A stretch of DNA of 64,000 bases, taken from Octopus vulgaris. Taxonomy: Eukaryota. The notes under the pieces are model-generated. The model saw only the letters and a list, made by a program, of their open reading frames with translations. It was not told where the DNA came from and ran no database searches. The DNA lies in the NCBI GenBank assembly GCA_951406725.2, contig OX597818.1, positions 14,136,001-14,200,000 of the forward strand. Reading direction: 5' to 3'. Below are positions 51,661 through 64,000 of the stretch, piece by piece. A program made the translations under genes and the position numbers. The stretch's first letter is position 1. Every line of letters begins with the position of its first letter.

Positions 51661-54600
51661 TTTTGCTTAGAACATAAAATGCTAATAAATTTCAGCATTT
51701 TCTAGAATGGTCTGAAGGCAATGTTGAAAGAAGTATATAAACTGAATATTACATGATAAATATTAAAACGCTATATATTTAAAGTTATTGAAGACAGAAA
51801 TGTGGTTATCGAAGAATCTAAAAGTGAACATTTTGAGCAGCTGTAAAGGAATAATTGTGATTGAGAAAAAGAGGTGATAATTTTGATAGGAGCCAAAATA
51901 TGATATTAAAAATTGAAAATACGAACATAATTTAAAACGTTAAGAAAAATCATTTGTTAAATATAAGGACTGAATATATTTAAAACATGGAAAGTGACTG
52001 AAAATTCTGTAAAGCGCTGAACGTAAGTTACTAGGAAAATAAACTATTAAGAGAAAGGAAAAAGACTCAAGATGATACTCTTGTTTGAAAGTGCTATAAT
52101 GCTTTAGGAGCTAACGCTGGACTCACAACGCTGACAACCGACCTCCTAGAAATAGTAGCCTTATTTTCTATACAATCATATCCTATCTTCTTACAAAATA
52201 GCATGTATGGTCCTAGATTAAGAAAGGGGAACTGGGTGCTGGAAAAGGATAAAGGAATGAGCAAATTAAAAAATATAGAGCATCAAAAATATTTTACACA
52301 ACAAATTGGTATTACAATGAACTAAAGAGAAATAGTGAGAGAAAAATTATTTCAAAATGAATATTATGTAATAACACGTCAATTCCTGAATATACTTACG
52401 TGAAATGTACAATGGAGGTAGAAAAAAACATTTAAATGAAAACGGTGGTTTGGAATGATAACAACTACTATAGTATGGTAGGAACTGACCAAAACTATTT
52501 TTTTAAAGGAAACGGATAAAATGATACATGATAAGAACTGAAAAATACATAACGGATAACATTCACTCATATGGAAATTATAGAAATAACTTTTTTACTA
52601 AATTAGGTAGGAAATTGAATGATACTAAAAATGTGAAACACATTAAATAATGAATGGTCTCCCTTTTAGCAAAAGGAGTAGTGGATGCTGGAGAAATTTT
52701 TGCATGAATCAATTGGATTGAAAATAAATGGAACAGCAAAAATAAATTATAGCGAACTAGTGAACAAGGCCTTTTTATCGTAGAAATAAATAGACGATCA
52801 AATATTGAATTTTGGACATTACAAGTGTGAAATATAATAATCTATACATTGCTGAATTTCCCTGTAAGATGACGGAATTGGATTTCGTGTGTACAGTAAC
52901 TGCAAAGGCTGTGTGTGAGCATTTTGTGAGCTTTCTTTTGCGAAAGCTTACGTAAAAGACGAATGGTAATAAATCTTTCAAGGACTTTTTCTCTCTTTCG
53001 AGGAAAACATTATGGCAATATAGTTTATATGGTATATTGAACTGAGAGTAATTGAGCTTTGACCAGTTTCACCTTGTATTTTTTTGCCTCTGATTTACCA
53101 CGCCTTAGCATGTAATCGGCTGAGTATTCTTTAGATGTGTGTGCCTTAATATAATTGTAAGGCAGAACAAGTGTGACCTATTTGAAAAATGTGCGTCGAG
53201 AATCCGTCATACAGAGTTTCATACAGTTTACTTTACAAGATTTCCCTCACACGGCCTGAAAGGAGACTCTGGGATAAAAATATTTGCACCGCGCAGAGAG
53301 AGTTAATTTCAAATTTCATGATCGTGAAGGATATTTCTCATTCCATTCAAACATATATTTGTACGTGATAATTTTGCATCTCAGAAGAGTAGATGATGGA
53401 GTGTTTATCGTTTATTTATAACAGTGATGAGTGGATATTAGATTGATCTTTGATATGCATTGTCGGTTCCTCAATTACATTTGACTGCGAAAATTCCGTA
53501 CTACGCGGAGGTAGTGCTTTAGCCATTATAGTCAAAGCTGCCAAGCTCAACCTACATAATTCATTTAAAGAACATCTTTCGTAGGAACGTATAGCAAAAC
53601 TTACGACCAGTTTGAAAGTTATTAGAAGCGTATTTCCATCGAATTTATTGGAGAGGGTACGTATTTAGAATTGTTACAAGTATTGATATAATAGGAAATG
53701 CTGTTTCCAACCCTGTCTATACAGACACTTGACAGTAAGATAATAAACTGTTTGAGCATTTTGATCGTTTCAACCTTACCTACTATTATTTGATAGCTTG
53801 TTTCATCAACTAGCAATATATACACATTCATGTTTAGGCAGTGTAAGTTTTATGGACAAATGCGGCCGAGATTACATTACAGGAAATGTAATAAGTGACA
53901 TATTGGACGAATAGTTCGATGTAAATCATCCAATATATGATTTATAGAGTGATATCATTATAGCCCTTCACGACTTTGGCGCGACATTTAACTACTAATC
54001 TGTTGTTTTCAATCCACAAACTCGGTTAATATTCTCTTATTTTCAATTGCTGTATCAATTGTTAAGTTTATTATGGCTTTGTGTTTACCATGTTCCTTCT
54101 GATGTCTTATCCCTAGGCAGCTATAGTTAATGATTCAATTTATTGTTTCAGGTTACTTTCTCTCATACACTAAGAACATGTTTTTACTTCCAAAATACTC
54201 AATTTCTTGTATGAATCGCTTAGGTAAATCCTTTTTATTTTCAACTATATGTCCTGTTCTGAATTTTATTCTTGAAATCTCTTACACTAATTCAGTGATG
54301 TTTTAAATAGTTATCCAATAGATATTACACTTTCTTTACTTCAAACAACATATTTTTCAAGCCTAATATTGCAATACTGAATTTTTTTCTCTGTTTAACA
54401 AACCTTTGTCTCATTCTCCTCTTGTTAAACAGAGGTTATCCGTAAACCGTAGGTTATTTATTTTCAATATGGTTGTATTAAGCTCATTGCCCGACCTGGA
54501 TTTGTTCGGTACGCCTAGCAGGCGGAATGACGTAATCAGGAATGGTAAGGCATAGAGAGAAAGAGAGAGACATTTTGAAATATTTCCCTGAATATTTTTA

Positions 54601-55133
54601 TGTTTCCTAATGAATCATTCGTAAGGAATTATTACTTCCCATCATTTCATTGACGGCGATTGTGCAGTGCACTAACATAGAAACTTATAATAGGCCTTCT
54701 CGTAGTATATTATACTAACAGCAACGTTATTATTATTTGTACCTCATTTAATATCATATTATCGATATACAATGTATCAGCAGATCTCATTACCTTATTT
54801 ATGCATTCGTTTTGCTCTACTGATAATAGATACTTCTCATTCTGAAACCTATGCATTTCATCTGCTACAATGCCAGTTAATAATTGACAGATCAATGAGA
54901 AGCATGTCATTGGTCAATAATTACCAATTTCCGTCCTTTTCCTTCTCATACACTGGCAATGAATTAGCTTTTGTCATCCATGTTAGTGTTCCATATTCTA
55001 TTCAGACAGTAACAAAACATAGTGCGTAACCGTGCATAACAGCGAGATTCTCAAGTCAGAGTTGCTGAACATAATCTGGTTCACAAACTTTCCAATATCC
55101 TCTTCCTCCTCCTCCTCCTCCTCCTCCTCCTCC

Positions 55134-55173
<40 letters not shown>

Positions 55174-55178
55174 TATCA

Positions 55179-55218
<40 letters not shown>

Positions 55219-55247
55219 CATTATTATTATTATTGTTATTATTCATT

Positions 55248-55461
55248 AGTCTTATTTTTAGCACATATTTCACTGCACTGCCGAGCACAGCTCAGTGTGC
55301 TTTGGGTATGTGCTGTAATTTGTTGTGATGCTCTTATTTTACTGTATTGAAAGTTTTTACAGTAAAAATTAAGAGTATCACCAAAAAAACCACAGCACAC
55401 ACCCAAGGCACACAAGGCTGCACTCGGTAGTGCAGTGAAAGCACTTGATAAAAATAAGACT
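55248..55461. repeat. Imperfect ~100-bp-arm palindrome flanked by (TTA)n and (TAA)n
   Basis: 55248-55346 is the reverse complement of 55358-55461, e.g. tttcactgcactgccgag / ctcggtagtgcagtgaaa. Confidence 0.9.
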
Positions 55462-55494
55462 GCTTGATAATGATGATACTACTACTACTACTAC

Positions 55495-55560
<66 letters not shown>

Positions 55561-55561
55561 C

Positions 55562-55593
<32 letters not shown>

Positions 55594-55600
55594 TAATAAC

Positions 55601-55696
<96 letters not shown>

Positions 55697-56049
55697 AAGA
55701 AGAAGAAGAAGAAGAAGATAAAGCCCCGCGCTGAATAACAATATGGGTGTTATTATGAAATAGAAATGGAACAAAACAGTTAGTACATCAATTGAGTAAT
55801 TACGCATACACTCGAATGTCTACAGAATCATACATACATTTTCATACCCATAGGACTACACATACATCTCAATGTTTACACAACTACGTGAAATCTACAG
55901 AACACACATTTACGTATATGGAAACTCGTGTCATAAACGAAGCAAAAACAAAAACGATTTTTTACTTTTTTTCTAACTAACACAGTCAGAGTGAACCGTT
56001 CATAAGTTTAAAAGCACCACAAAAAATTATGCTAGGAGATTAATCTATC

Positions 56050-59000
56050 AAAAAAGAAAATTAATGAACACAGATCTGTTAGCCTTAAGTAACTACGTTA
56101 CGAGCTCAAAATATTGTCTCAAAAAATTGACCCTAAGCAGACAAATCCGTCCCCTAATGTCAACGTTGAAGCTCGTCATGCCTGAATGATAACAAAGCAA
56201 ATTACAAACCAGATTGGATGTCGACCGGATCACAAGGGCCACGTACTCGATATAGAGCTGTTAGCCTTAAGAAGCTTCGTTACGAGCAATGCTTACATGC
56301 AGAGAAGTTGGAGGCGGTGTTGTCTCAATTACCTCTAAGCAGATAGATCCGTTCCCTAATGCCAACGTCGAAACTCGCCAACCTCACTGTTAACAAAGCA
56401 ACATTCAAACCGAAATGGTCATCGACCGGATTACAGAGGGCCACGAACTTGAATGTTGAATCAGATTCGGGTCGAAAAATCAGCTACTGGTTCAAATCTT
56501 TCCGACACACAAGAGCTAGATGTACCCCACAAACAGAATATTCCAACAGATAGCCATCCATGTTCGTCATAAAATAACCAAAAGACGAAGAGTGAAAAAT
56601 GATCTAGGGAGGATAATAAAGAAGTTCTTACGGCCTTCTACCATAATATATATTTCCCCACAAATAAATCTAATAATGTACAAACCTACTTAAACTGGAA
56701 ACAGAAATTCCTTGAAGTAAGACTCTACATAGAAAGTAACAAACTCGTCAACGTCAGAAGAGACATTATTAAAAACATTACATTACTAACTGAAGCAGAG
56801 ATTGAGTAAATGAAACAAGCAGTGAAGTATAAAAAGAACGAAGCTGCAGCTAAAGAAGATGTTACAGACGAAATAGTTATAAACCAGCCCAGGGCTGATG
56901 AAAACGCAGTAATGATTGAAAGAGTTAATGTAACTGATAGGCAATGTGAAATATTCTCTGAACCAACAATAAACACTAAGGCAGATGAAAATCAAATAGA
57001 TAAAGAAAGACACACAAATATTAACCCAACAGAACTACATGATCTAAAGAATCAAATCATAAATGAATAGCTGAAAATTAAAGAAACCAGTATAAATGAA
57101 CGCGATACTCTCTCCAAAATTCGCAATTCTAAACAAAACTTGAAAATAATTGGAAAAATCCGTCTTGCACTTAAGGATATAATTTCAGCTAATGATGTTG
57201 ATATATCAGTACTATGCATCCGCGAAAATCTTAACGATTGTATGTGGTAAAAAGTTTAGAAAATGACAACATTCTCACAAAAAGCCTTCTTTGCAAGAGC
57301 GTTTTCAACACCACATTAAGCTACATATGTCTGACATAGAATGTTTGAAAAACCTGAGGTCTGACAAGACTATCAAACCTACAAAAACCCGAAAATTAAA
57401 GAAAACTTATCATATGAAAACCATACTTGACATTGATACCATCATAGAAACCATGAAGCAAAATGTATGTGTTAAAGCTGCCCGCATAGAAAGGTATGAA
57501 AAGCGCGTTAGATTCTTCAAGGACAACAACATGTTCAAAAATAACCCCAAAATTTTTTACGGGAAGATAGGGAAAACACCAGCTACAGTAAAGTCTGTTC
57601 CATCAAAAGGAGAAGAGCAGGAATTTTGGAATAAAATTTGGGCAGAAGAAAAAACACACAGTGAAAGGTCTCCTTGGATTGATACAATATCTATAGACTT
57701 AGGACTCCTTAGAGGAGCAAAAGTGGGATGGTGTCAAGGTAGAAGATATAAGGTCTACTCTGAGGAGGTCAAGCCAATGGACGTCTCCAACAAAGGATAA
57801 ATTTCCTAACCCCTGGCTGAATGCCTTCCCAGAGAGCCATGAGCTGCTAACAAAACTTTACAATGATATTTTGCAACATCCTAGTATGATTCCCTCTTCG
57901 CTAGTTAATGGTTTAACATTCCTGCTCCCCCAAAAAAGGAAGAAACAAATGAACCAAAAATTTATCGACCCACAACCTGCTTAACAACAATGTATAAAAC
58001 GCGACCATCTGTCCTGACTGAATATACCTATAGTTCCTTAACAGAAAGTAGAATATTTCCTAATGAGCAAAAAGGATGTAAACGTGGATCCTATGGTTGT
58101 AAAGATCAGCTACTCATCAATACGATGATCTTAAAAGATTGTCACAAACGACACAAAAACTTGTCAACAACCTGGATAGACTATAAAAATGCTTTTGATA
58201 GCCTACTACATAGGTGGCTTAAGAAATGCCTGGAAATGTATAAAATAGCTCCTACTCTGCGAAACGATTTGTCTGTAAGCATGAGATCATGGAGAGCCAC
58301 TGACTTTGAACAGTGACAATGAATCTTTAAATGCTGGTGATGTAAGAATTTCATGTGGCATTTTCCAGGGTGACTCACTATCAGCACTCCTCTTTTGTCT
58401 AGCCTTAACACCTCTCTCAAAATTGTTCAATGGTGTACAATATGATTATAAAATGCTTGATGAAAATATAAATAATCTTTGCATAAAATGACCAACAACT
58501 CAAGGACTTACTAGCGATTGTTAAACAATTCAGTGGTGACATCAGGATGCAATCTGGCTTCCATAAATGTGCAAAAGATACCTTTATCAATGGAGAAATG
58601 ACAGAAACATCTAATATTAACCTTGACCAGCAGAATGTCATAAAGGTGTTAGAAACAGCAGAGAGCTACAAATACCTAGGGTTACTTGAATGGGAAAGTA
58701 TCAGGCATTCAGGGATGAGGGAAAGAATCAGGAGAGAACGTTATCGCAGGCTGAGAGTAATACTTAAGACAGAACTGAATGCAAGGAACAGGATCGAAGC
58801 GATCAATGCTTTAGCCATAAAAGTCGTGACTTACAGTTTCAATATCATTAACTGGTCAAGTACTGAAAAATGTAATCTTGACAGAAAAATACGAAAACTG
58901 TTGACAATGCATACAATGCGCCACACTAAGGCAGACATAGATCGGTTTTATCTGCCAAGAAAAGAGGGAGGCCGTGGACTTTTGCAACTGGCAATAACAA

Positions 59001-59839
59001 TGAAGATTGCTACAATCGCCCTGGACACCTATCTGAAAAAGTTTGAGGACTTGATGTTGAAACTTGTCTCAAAACATGAAAACAAGTAAGCATCATACTC
59101 AGTAACAAAACAGGCAAAGGAATATCAAAGTGAATTCCAAATACAATAAATCCCAATGTTAGACGTACTAGAAACAAACGCAGAAAAAGCTAAGCGCAGG
59201 AAAATCCGTGCTAAAAATGTTGCCTTAGATATTCTTAGTGACAAATGGCAAGAAAACCTTCTCAATGGCAAATACCCAAACAGAGCGAATAACCCCGATG
59301 TTGACAAAGTCCTGACCCATCAATGGCTAATGGCTTCTGGCTTAAAATCAGAAACAGAAGGGTATATCATAGCAACGCAAGATCAATGCCTACCTTCAAG
59401 GAACTACCAAGCCAACATATTAATGAATGGCAGTTTCGCAACATGTCGTTTATGTCAACAACAAAATGAAACTATTGCTCATGTTGTCTCCATGCGCAGT
59501 CTCCTAGCGCCTACAGAATCTCTCAAGCGACATGATAGAGGTGCAAAATATTCACTTGCTAATTTGAAAAAACCTGGAGTTTACTTATGATAAAAACTGG
59601 TAGGAGCGCAAAACACCTCCAGATAGTGCTCATGAGAACTGCCCACATCTTACGTAAAATACATAATTTTCTTATGGTTTCTTAATCATTTTCAAGAGAA
59701 ACACTATGTACAAAACCAACTATATGTCACCCTAAGCATAACACCAACCTGAGCTTCTAAATCATTGTCTCTCGAGTTTCTGGGTGAGACTTGGAGCTAA
59801 ATTGTGCAAATACAAAGCAAAGGTCAAACATAAAATAAA

Positions 59840-59840
<1 letters not shown>
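56050..59840 (+). mobile_element. Decayed R4/Dong-type non-LTR retrotransposon with a (TAA)n tail
   Basis: RT motifs YRPTTCLTTMYK, EQKGCKRGSYGCKDQLLIN, WIDYKNAFDS, GIFQGDSLS, YKYLG, YLPRKEGGRGL; C-terminal SETEG..QDQ, CRLC..ETIAH, RHD, TAHILRK; many stops. The 5' boundary is approximate. Confidence 0.88.
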
Positions 59841-59874
<34 letters not shown>

Positions 59875-59891
59875 TAATAATAATAGTAATC

Positions 59892-59940
<49 letters not shown>

Positions 59941-59964
59941 TAATAATAATAATAACAACAACAG

Positions 59965-59997
<33 letters not shown>

Positions 59998-60164
59998 AAA
60001 TAATAATAATAATAATAATAATTATAATAATAATAATAATAATAATAATAGTAATAGTAATAGTAATAATAACAATAATAAATGATAATAATAATAATGA
60101 AGATGATTATGATATTGGAAAACTTAACTAGATTATGTTCAGAAATTATTATTATTATTATTAT

Positions 60165-60211
<47 letters not shown>

Positions 60212-60278
60212 TCATCATCATCATCATCATCATTATTATTGATATTATTATTTATTATTGTTATTGTTGTTGTTATTA

Positions 60279-60978
<700 letters not shown>

Positions 60979-61082
60979 TATCATCATTATCATGTAACTG
61001 AAGTAGTAGCAGCGTCAGCAGCAGCACTAGTAGTAGTAATAGTAGCAGTAGTAGTAGTAGTAATAGCAGCAGCAGCAGTAGC

Positions 61083-61135
<53 letters not shown>

Positions 61136-61357
61136 ATACGTGTATTTTTTCTCGTCGGCTGAATCAAAGCGGTAACATAAAAGTGTACATTTCTACGTGA
61201 AATCAATACAACTAATGACATACTGCTATTCTTTAATTATTATACTTGTTTCATCCATCGGAACGTAGCGATGCAGAAGTAAAGCTTGCGTATCTTTTCG
61301 TCGATCATCGACTCCAATTCTTATTTCAGATGGCAGCTTATTTCATCAACACACACA

Positions 61358-61401
<44 letters not shown>

Positions 61402-61904
61402 TGGAATCACTAAGTCAAGCAAAAATGAGACAGAATATAATCAACGCAAATACACGCAAGGGCACAGCCACACACATATATATACACATACGTATGTGCA
61501 TATAGCAGGCATACACATACACACACATACATATATAACACGTATATACATACCGGCATTCTTATCGGTTCCCGTCAGCCAAATTTAAAAAGTAGCAATA
61601 TTTACCTGACTGCACATCTTCAGGCTTCGTTGACGATACACATATCACTGATTGCTTTTATCATCCAAAATACCTATAGAATGTCAGACTTTCACAAAAG
61701 TAGAAATAAATAAATGAATGTCAAAATATCGTCACTGAATAATAATAAAGTAATACTCAGTATTAATGACCGTTGATAGTTTTGATAAACCTACTCTTAT
61801 AGAAATAATGAAAACAGCATCCATTTGCCTGAAAGATTACAAGTATATATTTTTCATATGAAGAAACAATATTGTATCAGTACAATTAGTTTCTAACAAA
61901 TATT

Positions 61905-62285
61905 CTTTTCTACTCTAGGCACAAGGCCTGAAATTTTGTGTGAAGGGGCTAGTCAATTAAATCAATTGGTACTTAATTTATCGATTCCGAAATGATGAAA
62001 GGTAAAGTTGACGTCGGCAGAATTTGAACTCAGAATGTAAAGACAGACGAAATACCTATTTCTTTACTACCCACAAGGGGATAAACACAGAGGAGACAAA
62101 CAAGGACAGAAAGACGGATTAAGTCGATTATATCGACCCCAGTGCGTAACTGGTACTTATTTAATCGACCTCGAAAGATGAAAGGCAAAGTCGACCTCGG
62201 CAGAATTTGAACTCAGAATGTAACGGCAGACGAAATACTACTGAGCATTTCACCGGACATGCTAACGTTTCTGCCAGCTCTCCGT
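61905..62285 (-). mobile_element. Family A SINE dimer
   Basis: Two copies of gatgaaaggyaaagtygacstcggcagaatttgaactcagaatgtaa..cagacgaaatac; head gctaacgtttctgccagctctccg. Confidence 0.85.
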
Positions 62286-64000
62286 TTTTTACTCTTTTTG
62301 TAACAAATGTTGCTAAATAGATAACTAGCATCCGGTTTTGATATTGTAGAAGGTGCGAGCACATATCGCTTTCTGGTAAATTATCTATATCAGAAATCAT
62401 ATTAATTTAAGTGTAATTTTAGGGATAACAGTTTCTTTGAGCAACACAGTATTTTGAAGCTGTAAGCCAAAATGTTTCCATCAGCTGGATTATTGAATGT
62501 TAAAAAAATGTTGACAAAATATTTTACTTAGCACATGTGAAGTACTGCAACGATATAGGTGCCAACTAAATTAACGATAGAGACTCGGCGTTGCCTGACT
62601 GTATTAAGAATAAGAATACACAAATAATGTTTGGTTAATATCAAGGTACACTATATACAAATGTATTCGATATCAGTGATGATATTTCAGTAGGGAATTA
62701 TGGTGTAATTTTGTAATAAGTGACTTTCTCAGTAACTGATCTCCTCACCTTCGATACACAAATGCTGGATGAAATATTTTTACTCCATATAAAGCAAGAA
62801 TTTGAATGGGAAACAAAACATGATATTGTTCTTAAAGTTATTTGCTTGTATAACGAGCACAAACGCAGAACTTTTAATACAAAATATAGTTGAATTACAC
62901 TATGCTCCTGTTTTCTAGCTTCTTTCAAGGAAACATTCAAACCCGGGTCTTCACAACAGATAATGAAGTTATAAAATAAAAGACATTTCTTTTATATATA
63001 TTCCAACACATTACATGTCTCTTTCATTTAGGAAGCTACACCATGGTTCGGATTATTTAACGTGAAATGATATTAACGAGAATTAGATGAAGCTATTAGC
63101 ATCCTTTCTTGTTCTAAATCATTTAATTAAAAGTGAGCATTTAAATTTTAATTGGAAATTAATCAGTATACTATTGAGTCATGAAATGGACATTGTTTAA
63201 ACGTCTGCAAATAATCAGACAAATATTCAGTTAAAGAGATTGGGAAACTTTATAAGGGAAATATTTTGAAATTACTTCTAGATTCTTGTAACCAACCTTT
63301 TCTTCTCTCTTGCTGTTTTTGTTATTGTTCATAGATCTTTTTTTTTCAACATTTTAAGGAACTTATTTGCATTTACACAAGAAATTATTTTTCGAATTGA
63401 ATGCATTAGAATATATGTATATTTTAGATTCATTCTATGCTCGGTTTAAACATACAGAAATGGTTTGGCATAATGTATTCCAATAATTCAAAGACAATTC
63501 CCTCTTGTTTAGAGTTCATATCAGATGTTACATTCTAAATTGATCGTAAGATCTGAACAGTAGTCAATATTTCCATTAGAGGTCATGTGTTTCATTTGAA
63601 GCAAAAAACGGAACATAATATATTCGCTGTATATTTAGTATAGTGATCTAAGTATCTTTATGAATAATATGATATAGCATTAACACATTTAGCATAGTGT
63701 TTGTGTGTGTGTGTATGTGTCTGTGTGCGTGTACGTGTCTATGTATATGTGTAGATCTACATGTATCGATGTCAGTCGATATGCACATATGTATGTATGC
63801 ATGTATGGGTCTGTATCTATGTGTGTGCATACATATGTACGTAAGAGAGTCGATATATAAATGTATATATTTGAAACAACCTCGATGCAGATAAAGTTAT
63901 GAAAAATAGCTTTTTCAAAAACTGAATTCATGTTCCTTCGAAGATTATAAATTCTTATGACATCGTTGTTTTCTTCTGCTCTAATATTGTGTTCGCATCC

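Noticed and set aside
50000-55050. Possible host exons (ttcag..ag|gtaaat at 54150-54228; GPCR-like word CIDR in ORF 53622-53831)
   Set aside because: Isolated splice-like words and short ORFs expected by chance in AT-rich DNA; needs RNA-seq or homology support.

Overview
AT-rich, microsatellite-dense eukaryotic (animal) intergenic/intronic DNA. The SINE families and repeat make-up suggest an octopus or other cephalopod, which is an inference. No host protein-coding gene could be supported; the window is almost entirely nested mobile elements. Retroelements: a full-length CR1-group LINE with an intact, unusual Myb/SANT+CCCH ORF1 and a broken APE-RT ORF2, an older LINE of the same architecture, three Penelope-like (Neptune-type RT+GIY-YIG) copies, an R4/Dong-type element in (TAA)n tracts, a degenerate Gypsy-like LTR element with a tRNA-Trp PBS, and many SINEs. 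DNA elements: mariner, piggyBac, Helitron and HINE remnants and a telomere-repeat-bearing MITE. The most notable signals are RNA-level. Several minimal hammerhead-ribozyme motifs have a covarying 3:8 core pair (U3:A8, G3:C8). A ~750-790 bp tandem-repeat family carries hammerhead core words in a permuted, possibly pseudoknotted order. Most ORFs in the supplied track are microsatellite translation noise. All calls are by eye; no searches or folding were run.
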